Shown: piece by piece, positions 8,576 to 17,879 of the stretch
Layout of the letters: each line of letters starts with the position of its first letter
Position numbering within the stretch: position 1 is the first letter of the stretch
DNA from: Chloroflexota bacterium
GTDB taxonomy: Bacteria; Chloroflexota; Anaerolineae; Anaerolineales; UBA4823
Length of the DNA stretch: 56,018 nt
Direction of reading: 5' to 3'
Assembly (NCBI GenBank): GCA_020349245.1
Contig: CP070764.1
Span: forward strand, 777,446-833,463
Program-made: the position numbers and the translations under genes
The notes under the pieces: model-generated
What the model saw: the letters and a program-made list of their open reading frames with translations, nothing else
The model's database searches: none
Told to the model about the DNA's origin: nothing

Positions 8576-11500
8576 TCACTTCGGGGGTAGGCCGAACTGC
8601 TCCCGCTCTTCAGGTGTCAATTCGCGCACCAGACAGCACTCCTTGGCGTATGCGATCAGCTCCAAGGTAGAATGCCAGGTAGGGAAGACCTGCATCTTAC
8701 CCACATCTCCCGTTATGGTTCCTACCAAGACTCGAGTCCCATCTGGCGCGTATGTGGGAAAAACAACCCCCCCAACGTTATAACTGATCATCTCTCTCCC
8801 AGTGGCAATATTGTAAACTTTGGCGACGCCTTCATAACCGCCAATGATCAAGTGCTCCTCTGTCGGGGAGAGAGAAATCGTTGAGATGTCGCTAGCAATA
8901 GGGGTTGAGAACTGAGAGAGATTCTTACCTGTTTCAGCGTCAAAAATACGCACGTACCCATCCGCGCTGACCAGGATCACCCGCTGACCATCCTGTGTCC
9001 ACTTGGAATCAGAAATGGAGGCAGTAAACTCCTCTGGCATTAATGGCAAAAGCACCTGGCCCGTAGCCGCCTCCCAAATCAGCGCTTCGCCATCATTGCT
9101 GGTGCTGATGATGCGCGAGCCATCCGGAGACCAATCTATAGAATTCACTGGATAAACGTGATTCGTGAACGTTAACATTTCCTCACCGGTGTTGGAATCC
9201 CACAGGATCACATCCGTATCCCAACTTGCGGTCGCCAACTGACTCCCGTCTGGTGACCAGTCCACATCATTTATGTAATAGCCAATATTATGACCCTCAA
9301 AGGTGCTTAGTTTTTCCCCAGTAACTGCGTCCCAGATCATGGCCCCTGGCAATCCATCATGGGTAGTAGCAATCCGGTCCCCAGTGGGTGACCAGGCCAT
9401 CATATATGTCAATCCCGCATCGCCACTGAGTGTTAACAGCTGCGAACCACTTTTAGAATCCCACACCCGTAATTGCTCATCAGGTGGGCAGTTGCTACTG
9501 ATGGCAAACTGTTCACCATCCGGCGACCAGGCGACATTAGAAAACCATCCGCAAGTTGGAACCGGTACAATTAACGATGCTTCACTTAAGTTTAGTATAT
9601 TTACATTATTGTCATCACCGGCAACCAGAATGTATTCGGAATCAGGGGAGAATTCGATGCGATTCGGGTGACCCATTGTGCCAGACAGCTTGGTAAATTC
9701 TTGACCGCTGATTACATCCCAGACATGCACAAAGCCATCCGCTGCGCCAACAGCCACATATTCTCCTGTGGGGGACCAATCCGCCCACAAGGCAAAAACC
9801 ATGTCAGTGATTTCGATTAACTGCTGCCCACTTTCCGAATCCCACACCGTGACAGTTTCACCGCTTTCACGGATCAATATGCGAGACCCATCCGGCGACC
9901 AAAGCGCTTGTAAAATATTTGTCCGAGGGATAGATAGGTCCAGGACCTTCCGCCCTGTTGCCGCCTCGTAAACCTTTGCCCCTCCCACTCCACGAGTGAT
10001 AAAACGATCTCCGGAAGGTGACCAGCTTCCTACGGAAACAACCTTGGTTTCAAAATCTCCCGGGATTTTGTAAAGGGGTTCACCAGTATCTACTTGGTAA
10101 ACAATTGTGGAGTCGTCCCCAATTGATGAGATCGCGATCAGGTCACCTCTCGGCGACCATAATGCTTGAGATATTGAAATACCGAATTCTTCATTAATGA
10201 TACCTTCATATTCTGAAAGTGAATGCAATAACTCCCCTGTGTTTATATCAAATATCTTTACCAGACCATCCACAGTGTAAGTAAGGAAGCGATCTCCTGT
10301 CGGTGACCATGGTTCCCAACCGTTAATATTTGGCCAAAGCCAACCACCTAAATCATCCGTATCAAGCGTAACCCGAGCCAAGCCGGATTCAATGTCCCAA
10401 ATTTTTACCAGCGAAGTTTCAATAGTTTTTTTATCACCCAATCCCTCAATTTTCGCCAGCGTTTCTCCGAGGTGTGCAAATTTAAGCACATCTTCTTGTC
10501 CCCAACCAAGAGTAAGGACGAAATTCTCATCTGGTGACCAGCTGGCCATAGTCGGATTACCTTCCGTTATTTTGAGTAGCTGCTCTCCGGTGGCTGCATC
10601 CAGAACTCGAGCAAAGCCATTTTCGTAATCAAATTCGCCTGTTTCCACTGATCCGCCAATCAGGATCATGCTCCCGTCAGCAGACCAGTTTGTCGTTACG
10701 AGGGTTCCTATATAAGGTACAAGCATGCGTAGCCTGCTGTTTAAAATTGCCCGGGATAAAGCCCTTTCAGCCTGCCAGGTATAGGGATAATCTTCAAGTG
10801 CTTCTAGCGCCAACAATACAGCCCTTTCACGAGCATTACCATCAAGCTCAAGTTCAGATTGAGACGCCAGACCAATGGCAGCCTGGCGTAGGGCTTCTTC
10901 GCGCTGTTCTAAAGCTTCCTGCTCTGCTTCAACTGCCCTGTCACGGTCCTGTAATGCTTGCTCTTCTGCTTCGCCACGCGCGATTGCTTCCGATTCAGCA
11001 ATCGTCTGCTGAGTAGCACGTGCATTCGCTTCGTTCTCGGCGATCACTTGCTGGGTGGCACGTGCATCGGCTTCTGCTATTGCAGTGGCTGCATTATCCT
11101 GGGCGATGCCCTGCTGGTTGAAGGCGAAGATCGTCAAGCCAATCGCCACCAGGGCTGCCACGGCAAAGACGGCTACCAGGGCGCGCAGGAAGTTGCGCGA
11201 GCGGCGCTCCAGGGTGGCCTGCTGCTCTCTGCGGCGGGCCTGGTCCTCCAGGCTGGCTTCGAGGAACCGTTGTTCGTCAGGCGTCAGTGCCAGGGAGGTC
11301 TCGCCAGCCCATTCCTGAAACTGCGCCAGGCGCGAGCCGCGCAGCAGGAAGGAAGGCTCCTGGTCTCCCTGAAGCCAGTCCCGGGTGGCCCTCCCCAGTA
11401 AACGCTGCATGCGGATGTCCGCCCGGCTCTCGTCCAGCCAGCCGCGCAGGCGGACCCACTCCCTGAGCAGGGCTTCGTGAGCCACTTCGACGGTGGGTCC

Positions 11501-13408
11501 GCGGGTGACCGGGTCGCGGTCGAAGGAGAGCAGGCGGGCAGCACCAAAAGCTTCTAATACGGACCGGACCCTGGCCGGGGAGGCGAGGGCTTCCAGTTCG
11601 GCCTGGGGGACGCGGCGGCGGGTGTCTTCGGCACCTTCACCCAGGGTGACCAGGCGCAGGAAGAGCTGCCGGGCCAAGTCCTTGTCTTCGGCTTTGAGGT
11701 CCTGGTAGACCCCCTCCGCCCGTCTGCCGAGAGCACCCAGCACACCGCCGATCGACTGGTAGGCCTGCAGGGTGAGCATACGTCCTTCCCGGCGCTCGAA
11801 GAGCTCGGTGAGGGCATACTGCAGCAAGGGCAGTGAGCCGGGCTGGTCTTCCACTTCGGCGGTGATCTCTTCCACCAGACCCTTTTCGAGCACGGCACTC
11901 ACGCGCTCAGCAGGCTTGCGGATGGCCAGCTGCAGTTCTTCAGGGGTGAGGGGCAGGACAACAGCAGTGTGCTCTTCAACTAGCTTGCCGAATTGCGGGT
12001 ACATGAGCGGACGGTCGTAGAAGTCCGCCCTGAGGGTGAGCACCAGGCGCAGCTGGGAGTGCGGGTCGCTGACCGCTTCCAGCAGGTTCTCCAGGAAGCG
12101 TTCGCGCAGGTCTTCATCCTGCACGGAGACAAATAATTCTTCGAACTGGTCGATCACCAAGAGCAGGGTATCCTGTTCGGAGGGCAGCACCGCCTGGACA
12201 GCCTCGAGCAGTCCCTGGGAGAGCAGCCCGGCCAGGTCGAGGGAGTAATCGCTGGTTATGGCCAGCAGGGCCAGCTCCATCTGCTTGAAGGGCTGGGAAC
12301 CGGGGTGCATCTCGAGCATGAACCACTGGTCTGAACCGGGCAGGGCACCCTTGCGCAGGGCGGGTAACAAGCCAGCCTTGACGACACTTGACTTGCCAGA
12401 GCCGGAAGGTCCTACCACGGCCAGGAAGCGACCACTTTCATCTGGGGAAACCAGGTGTGCCAACAGCTGCCCGGTGAGGGCTTCGCGGCCGAAGAAATCC
12501 TCGCTGTCAGCTTCCTGGAAAGCGCGCAAACCCTTGTAGGGGTTGTAAAGTTCGCTTTCCGGGATGGCAGCGGATTCGACTTGCAGTTGCAGTGCCTGGC
12601 GGAAGTCAGCTGCCAAGGAAGCACCGTCGGGGTAGCGGTCGGCAGGGTTCTTGGCGGTGGCGCGCTGGATGACGCCGTCCAGTGCAGCGGGCAGGTCCGG
12701 TTGGTTCTGGCGCACGTAGGGCAGGGGTTCCTGGAGGTGCTTGGCGACCAGTTCGCCGCTGGAGGCATCCGGGAAGGGGTGCTTCCCGGTGAGCAGTTCG
12801 AAGAGCAGGACGCCCAGGGCGTAGATATCGGTCTGGGGGGAGAGGGGTTGGGACTGGATCTGTTCCGGTGTCAGGTAGGCGGGGGTACCGGTGATGACGT
12901 CGCTGGCGGTGGCAGACTGGTCATCGCTCAGCTGCTTGGCGATGCCGAAATCGGAGAGGAAGGCGTTGCCGTCCTCATCCAGCAGGATGTTGGCGGGCTT
13001 GAGGTCGCGGTGGACGATACCCTTATGATGTGCAGCATCCAGGCCGGAAGCGACCTGTTCGAGCAGGTGGGCGACCTGTTCCGGGGACCAGGCTTCACCG
13101 CGTTCCAGGGATTGGGCCAGTGAGCCGCCCTTCATCAGGCGCATGACCAGGTAGGCACCCTGGGGGTCGCGCCAGTAGTCGTAGAGCGGTACGATGTGGA
13201 GGTGCTCCAGCTGGGCGACCAGCTGGGCTTCGGCCTCGAAGCGGCGGATGAAATCGGGGCGATTGGCAAACTCGGGCTGGATGATCTTGACCGCCACCTG
13301 GCGGTCGACGGCTTGCTGGTGAGCGCGGTATACGGCACCGTAAGCCCCCTCACCGATCAATCCCAGCAGCTGGTAGCCGCGGATTGATGGGGTGGTGATC
13401 TCGCTCAT
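8576..13408 (-). CDS. Ser/Thr protein kinase - STAND (nSTAND1-like) NTPase - TM - WD40 beta-propeller protein
   Basis: Hanks motifs GEGAYG, VAVK, HRDLKPAN, DFG; NPYKGLRAF..FFGRE; Walker A GPSGSGKSS; Walker B IDQFEE; LRADFY; LPLLQYAL; AHEAL; TM helix (ALVAVFAVAALVAIGLTIFAF); many WSPDG/W-D repeats. Confidence 0.93.
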   Translation of the reverse strand: MSEITTPSIRGYQLLGLIGEGAYGAVYRAHQQAVDRQVAVKIIQPEFANRPDFIRRFEAEAQLVAQLEHLHIVPLYDYWRDPQGAYLVMRLMKGGSLAQSLERGEAWSPEQVAHLLEQVASGLDAAHHKGIVHRDLKPANILLDEDGNAFLSDFGIAKQLSDDQSATASDVITGTPAYLTPEQIQSQPLSPQTDIYALGVLLFELLTGKHPFPDASSGELVAKHLQEPLPYVRQNQPDLPAALDGVIQRATAKNPADRYPDGASLAADFRQALQLQVESAAIPESELYNPYKGLRAFQEADSEDFFGREALTGQLLAHLVSPDESGRFLAVVGPSGSGKSSVVKAGLLPALRKGALPGSDQWFMLEMHPGSQPFKQMELALLAITSDYSLDLAGLLSQGLLEAVQAVLPSEQDTLLLVIDQFEELFVSVQDEDLRERFLENLLEAVSDPHSQLRLVLTLRADFYDRPLMYPQFGKLVEEHTAVVLPLTPEELQLAIRKPAERVSAVLEKGLVEEITAEVEDQPGSLPLLQYALTELFERREGRMLTLQAYQSIGGVLGALGRRAEGVYQDLKAEDKDLARQLFLRLVTLGEGAEDTRRRVPQAELEALASPARVRSVLEAFGAARLLSFDRDPVTRGPTVEVAHEALLREWVRLRGWLDESRADIRMQRLLGRATRDWLQGDQEPSFLLRGSRLAQFQEWAGETSLALTPDEQRFLEASLEDQARRREQQATLERRSRNFLRALVAVFAVAALVAIGLTIFAFNQQGIAQDNAATAIAEADARATQQVIAENEANARATQQTIAESEAIARGEAEEQALQDRDRAVEAEQEALEQREEALRQAAIGLASQSELELDGNARERAVLLALEALEDYPYTWQAERALSRAILNSRLRMLVPYIGTLVTTNWSADGSMILIGGSVETGEFDYENGFARVLDAATGEQLLKITEGNPTMASWSPDENFVLTLGWGQEDVLKFAHLGETLAKIEGLGDKKTIETSLVKIWDIESGLARVTLDTDDLGGWLWPNINGWEPWSPTGDRFLTYTVDGLVKIFDINTGELLHSLSEYEGIINEEFGISISQALWSPRGDLIAISSIGDDSTIVYQVDTGEPLYKIPGDFETKVVSVGSWSPSGDRFITRGVGGAKVYEAATGRKVLDLSIPRTNILQALWSPDGSRILIRESGETVTVWDSESGQQLIEITDMVFALWADWSPTGEYVAVGAADGFVHVWDVISGQEFTKLSGTMGHPNRIEFSPDSEYILVAGDDNNVNILNLSEASLIVPVPTCGWFSNVAWSPDGEQFAISSNCPPDEQLRVWDSKSGSQLLTLSGDAGLTYMMAWSPTGDRIATTHDGLPGAMIWDAVTGEKLSTFEGHNIGYYINDVDWSPDGSQLATASWDTDVILWDSNTGEEMLTFTNHVYPVNSIDWSPDGSRIISTSNDGEALIWEAATGQVLLPLMPEEFTASISDSKWTQDGQRVILVSADGYVRIFDAETGKNLSQFSTPIASDISTISLSPTEEHLIIGGYEGVAKVYNIATGREMISYNVGGVVFPTYAPDGTRVLVGTITGDVGKMQVFPTWHSTLELIAYAKECCLVRELTPEEREQFGLPPK

Positions 13409-13672
13409 TTCGCCCTCCTATTTGGCAATAATTAACCAGGTTCTATTCTATTGAAAATTGTCAGGTAATTTTCAGGGCTTGCGATGCTGGCAATGATGAG
13501 GAGAAACAGCCCCCTGGATGCTGGTGGGTGAACATTGAGGTTTTTGTTGCCTGAATCAGCAATGTAAAACTAGAATACAATGAATAATTGCTGATGTCAA
13601 CCAAAACGAAAAGATTCATCTCATAGGGTCCAGTCTTTGTACCAGCATTCCAGATTTGGAACGGGCACATTC

Positions 13673-14068
13673 TCAACCCTCAAGAAACTCTACCACCCCC
13701 AGATTACCGTCAACCAATATCCTCTGCCCGGAGTGCAGCATTTCAATCGGCACCTGGTCCACGCAGGGGATTTCGGCGATGATGCAGCCCACGGCGGTGA
13801 TCGGCTCGCATTCCGCGTTGATGATCGCCAGTGGTGCTTTTCCGGCGTGCTTCAAGCGATAGAGGGTATAAGATCCGACCGTTGACCCCTTGCCGGTCGG
13901 AAATACCAGCACTTTTCCAGCGATCACCTGCCCTTCCAGATCGTGACCACGCTCGACAACCACCCCACTCTCAGGGTCAACGCCGCCAAAAAAGGAGATG
14001 CCCTTCACCCCAACCAGCGCTTCACCAACTGCTCTTCCCCCGTAAATCTTGCGCCCCTGCCATTTCAT
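13673..14068 (-). CDS. Aconitase X swivel (small) subunit, DUF126; probable phosphomevalonate dehydratase small subunit
   Basis: ISFFGGVDPESG, GKVLVFPTGKGSTVGS (catalytic Ser motif), API..AEIP.VD; overlaps the stop of the large subunit by 4 bp. Confidence 0.88.
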   Translation of the reverse strand: MKWQGRKIYGGRAVGEALVGVKGISFFGGVDPESGVVVERGHDLEGQVIAGKVLVFPTGKGSTVGSYTLYRLKHAGKAPLAIINAECEPITAVGCIIAEIPCVDQVPIEMLHSGQRILVDGNLGVVEFLEG

Positions 14069-15288
14069 GGTTCCATCTCCACCCTCGGCTCACCGAGAGC
14101 TGCCAGGACGACTTCATCGAAAGGTTTCAAGATAGTCTGGAACTGGTTTTTCCCGGCAGCATAATAACAAGCCTTGGCGCTGTCCGTCACCAGCGCTTTA
14201 AAGCGTCCTTTGATCGGTGCCACGACACAACAGGTGTCCGCGGCGAACTTGGCCCCGCTGGCTTCGATCATCGCCGTGTATCCCATGCGATCGGCGATCT
14301 GCTTGGTTGGACGGGCGGTTGTGATCCAGAATTCCTTGACCACCTGCTTACCTTCCAGCAGCTCGGCAATGCGGGCGATCTCTTTTATCGAGAGATGCGG
14401 GCAGCCCAGGCTGACAAAATCCGCTTCTCCGGCATCCCCGCTGGTTAATGCCGCCTTGGCAGCTGCCAGATCGCCCCGGGTTATGGTAACCGAAGGTTCG
14501 GGTGGGGAAAATTGGCTCGCTTCAGGCGTGATGTGTTCCATGTGAAAGAGGGCTGTCCCGCCATAAGTAGCCAGGCTGGCAGAGAAGGATTTCAGCTGCT
14601 CGAGCGTTGCATCTCCCACACCACGGATGAACGGCACAGAGATCCCTTCCAGAGCCTGGAGGTACTCACCGATCACCCTGCCCAAGGCTCCAAAATCATC
14701 GTTCCCCTGTAAATCCACATAAATGTCGAAGGTGAGCTGGGGCACCCGATTCTGATCGAGGTGCATTCCATAGGCCGCTGTGTGGCCAGTCAGCGCGGCT
14801 GCCAAAGCGCTGGGACCGCCTTCCCGGTTGCTGCGTGCACCCAATACAGAATTGGCAAAGCACACCGCGCTGCTCTCAGCCCAGGCGACATGCTCTCCGA
14901 AATGGGGGAGATTGCCGGACAGGTAAGGCGTGCAGGTGCAGGTCGTGAGCACGTTCATGCGGGCGAAAGCATCGATCACCTGGGTCTGTTTCTCAGCGAA
15001 ATCGGCCGCGATACCCAGCGCCTGCCAGTTTTCAACATCCATGCCAGCTGGATTCAATGTGGTCAGGACGCGGGCCCGGCCGCCTCCCTCTGCCATTTCA
15101 GACAAGAAATGCAAACCTGCCTCACCCAGGTTGTCATAGCTCACCCCGGCGATCTGCACCGAAGTAACGGGAATCATGCGTTGTGCGCCGTAGATCGTGC
15201 CCAGTGCCACCAGGATCTCCATCGCTTTTTGTGTCGCCTTGCCCTGCTCTCCCGCCAGCATGGCCTGTTCTTCTTTCGAAAGCTCCAT
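14065..15288 (-). CDS. Aconitase X catalytic (large) subunit, DUF521; probable phosphomevalonate dehydratase large subunit
   Basis: TTLNP, TCTCTPY, WAESSA, NSVLGARSNREG, LGCPH, DTCCVV, TDSAK. Start set at MELSKEEQ (GAGG upstream). Confidence 0.9.
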   Translation of the reverse strand: MELSKEEQAMLAGEQGKATQKAMEILVALGTIYGAQRMIPVTSVQIAGVSYDNLGEAGLHFLSEMAEGGGRARVLTTLNPAGMDVENWQALGIAADFAEKQTQVIDAFARMNVLTTCTCTPYLSGNLPHFGEHVAWAESSAVCFANSVLGARSNREGGPSALAAALTGHTAAYGMHLDQNRVPQLTFDIYVDLQGNDDFGALGRVIGEYLQALEGISVPFIRGVGDATLEQLKSFSASLATYGGTALFHMEHITPEASQFSPPEPSVTITRGDLAAAKAALTSGDAGEADFVSLGCPHLSIKEIARIAELLEGKQVVKEFWITTARPTKQIADRMGYTAMIEASGAKFAADTCCVVAPIKGRFKALVTDSAKACYYAAGKNQFQTILKPFDEVVLAALGEPRVEMEP

Positions 15289-15421
15289 GATTCTCGTCTT
15301 CCTCACCACGGTATGAATGGGTGTCATGGCGAACCCCGCTGCTTCTCGGGATAAAGGGATCCCAACGCAGAGGATTCAAACCATTCATCAACACCAGATC
15401 TTAATCAATCGTTATGAAAAG

Positions 15422-16732
15422 TTAACCGCCTTCTTCTAGGAACCTCTCCAAATCAACCTCGGGATAATCCACCTTCTCAAATGGTTTCGCATCTTCCCCA
15501 AGCGGCTTGGTCAGATCAAAACCGATCTTGGTGGTCAGGTGGCTACCCAGTTCAGCACTCGGATCCAGGCTGGATCCCCTTTCTTTCTCCTTGACAAACA
15601 AATCCTCATCACCCTGGAAGCGGGTCGCCATCGCCCATTCCACTTCCAGCGGGTTGTAGATATCAATATCTTTATCCACGATGAAGACGTGCTTGCAGGA
15701 GCTATGGCCTGCAAAAGCTGCCTGGATGGCTTTTATCCCGTCCTCGGGGCTTTGTTTATCAATCTGCACGACCGCGTGCAGCCAGGAGCAGCCTCCGGGA
15801 TTCACATTCACATCCAGGCAGCGCACCACCTGGTTTACGCGCTGGTAGATTGTCGGCTCGCGGGGCATTCCCATCAGCAGCTTGTGCTCAAGCCCTCCGG
15901 GCAGCAAAGCCTGCCAGATGGCGTCACCGCGGTGGGTAATGGTCTGAATTTCAAAAACCGGTTCCCGGCGGATCACATCCCGGGTTTCAGTGAGGTCGAC
16001 AAATGGGCCTTCTGCGTGACGCCTGTGGGCGAACACTCTCCCCTCCAAGACGAACTCGGCTTCGGCAGGCACCAGGAGATCGACCGTCTTCGCCTGGACA
16101 ACCTCCAGGGCTTCTAAAGCATTGGCGATGGTCAGCTCATCGATTCCAATTTCCACGGAAGTCGCCGCGGCTGCCAGCACGTTTGGGGGGCAGCCCACAC
16201 ACAGCGCAACTTCCATTTCGCCCAAATCGTTTAGGAAAGTGTCAAAATTACGCCCGGCAACCACCCGCATGGCCATCTCTTTAGAAGAGAACTGCATGCA
16301 GCGATGGAAGTCGAGATTCTGCCCATATTGGGGATGTTTGCTGATCACCACCCCGGAGGTGATATACCGACCTCCATCGCCGGCAAAGTGACGCAGGATC
16401 GGCAATTGGTCCAGATCTGGATCAGCGATCACCACCTCCTGGCAGGCAGCTGCAGAGACAATTTGGGGTGCTGAACGGTTCTCAATAGCCCGCGAAAGGG
16501 TAGGGATGATCTCCCCGGTGGGGAGATTGAAATAATCCGCGAAAGCTGCCTTGTTTGGAAACAGGTTGCCCACGACCCGAAAGTTTACCTCCCGGGGTTG
16601 CGCAAAAATCACCGGTCTTGGCTCCAGTTTCTTGAGCACTGCTGACATCTCGTAGGTGCAGGAAACCGGGTTATCTACGATGACGAGCTGGTCTTGATCC
16701 TCTAAACGCTTGATATAGTTTCTGAATGACAT
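15422..16732 (-). CDS. UbiD family prFMN-dependent decarboxylase; probable anhydromevalonate-phosphate decarboxylase
   Basis: DGGRYITSG, HR, VPAEAEFVLEG, EGPFVD, VD.DIDI....VEWAMATRFQ, SLDPS, KIGFD.T; upstream of the AcnX pair on the same strand. Confidence 0.9.
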   Translation of the reverse strand: MSFRNYIKRLEDQDQLVIVDNPVSCTYEMSAVLKKLEPRPVIFAQPREVNFRVVGNLFPNKAAFADYFNLPTGEIIPTLSRAIENRSAPQIVSAAACQEVVIADPDLDQLPILRHFAGDGGRYITSGVVISKHPQYGQNLDFHRCMQFSSKEMAMRVVAGRNFDTFLNDLGEMEVALCVGCPPNVLAAAATSVEIGIDELTIANALEALEVVQAKTVDLLVPAEAEFVLEGRVFAHRRHAEGPFVDLTETRDVIRREPVFEIQTITHRGDAIWQALLPGGLEHKLLMGMPREPTIYQRVNQVVRCLDVNVNPGGCSWLHAVVQIDKQSPEDGIKAIQAAFAGHSSCKHVFIVDKDIDIYNPLEVEWAMATRFQGDEDLFVKEKERGSSLDPSAELGSHLTTKIGFDLTKPLGEDAKPFEKVDYPEVDLERFLEEGG

Positions 16733-16876
16733 GAGGCATCCTGTTGATCTGAGTTTTACTCATCTCTCCAACTATACTTTTGGCGAGATAATTGGTCAAG
16801 TAGGTGATCAGATGATAAGATATTATCAATAAGACATACCATATCCATTTTATAGTAAATCTTGAAGGAGTGAAAA

Positions 16877-17239
16877 ATGGCTAAGATACTCGTCCACATA
16901 ACCCACGGCCCTGAACATCCAACCAGGGCAGTCCTGGGATTTCACGTTGCCAAGGCTGCTCTGGATGAAGGCCATTCAGTAACTTTGTTCCTGGCTGGTG
17001 ATGGGGTTCAGTTGATGCGAGATGGCGCTATCAACCATGTAAATGGTCTCGGAACCGGTAATCTTCGTGAACTCTATGATGCAGTTGTTGGCGGTGGGGT
17101 CAAGATTTATTTGTCGGGGATGTCCTCAGAGACAAGAGGTCTGACCAAAGAGGAATTGGCTGGGAAACCTTACGAGTTTGCATCCCCGAAACAGCTCGTC
17201 CAGCTGGCAGTCGAGCATGATCGGATGTTTAATTATTGA
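16877..17239 (+). CDS. DsrE/DsrF-like family protein lacking cysteine
   Basis: ITHGPE, GHSVTLFLAGDGV, GVKIYL..MS..RG pattern of the DsrE fold; strong RBS AAGGAG. Confidence 0.75.
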   Translation: MAKILVHITHGPEHPTRAVLGFHVAKAALDEGHSVTLFLAGDGVQLMRDGAINHVNGLGTGNLRELYDAVVGGGVKIYLSGMSSETRGLTKEELAGKPYEFASPKQLVQLAVEHDRMFNY

Positions 17240-17396
17240 GCAGTCAAGTATCATGGGTCCCCGTTTGCAATCCGAGAGAGATTTCCATTTCCAAGTATGA
17301 ATCAAGGAATGAATACTGTGAACTGCCACAGTTTCAAAAGCAATAAGAGTCTAATTCCATATCCGACCTACTCACTAAGCGAGAGGAGAAATTCTC

Positions 17397-17768
17397 ATGG
17401 CAAAAGATCTGACTGTTTTTTTAGCAAATCGTCCCGGGACGTTAGCAGACGCTGGCGAAGCACTTGGTAAAGCAGGCATAAATATCGATGGGCTGGGTGG
17501 TTTTCCCTGCGAGGGCAAAGGCACGCTGCATATCCTCGTAGAAGATGGCAATAGAGCCAAAGCTGCGCTGGAAGCCGCGGGACACACAGTCCATGAAGTG
17601 CGAGATGTTCTTGTATATGAAATTGATGACAAGCCAGGCGAATTTGGCAGGATCTGTCGCTTGATCGCAGATGCGGGTGTTAACATCGATCTGGCATACA
17701 CTGCTTCGCAGAGTCGCATTGTCCTGGGGACAGATGACCTGGACAAAGCTCGCGCTGCGCTCGGGTGA
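17397..17768 (+). CDS. ACT-domain (tandem ACT) ligand-binding protein
   Basis: Two ACT repeats: NRPGTLA...LGKAGINI and DKPGEFG...IADAGVNIDLAY; RBS GAGGAG. Confidence 0.88.
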   Translation: MAKDLTVFLANRPGTLADAGEALGKAGINIDGLGGFPCEGKGTLHILVEDGNRAKAALEAAGHTVHEVRDVLVYEIDDKPGEFGRICRLIADAGVNIDLAYTASQSRIVLGTDDLDKARAALG

Positions 17769-17879
17769 ACCCGAGTTCTCGCATCCCTCCCATAAAGGCT
17801 GCCCAGGTTAGCATAACCGTGGTTAAAGTCTTTATCCTAATCTTCACCGGCAGGCGGTAGCCAACGTTACTTGCTGAGG

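Noticed and set aside
12455-13123. Long antisense or alternative-frame ORFs (e.g. 12455-13123, 13831-14448, 22601-23227, 47825-48526, 5169-5657)
   Set aside because: They are shadows of well-supported genes, with no motifs or RBS.
16877-17239. Selenocysteine recoding in the DsrE-like gene
   Set aside because: The catalytic positions are Ser codons and there is no in-frame TGA before the normal end.
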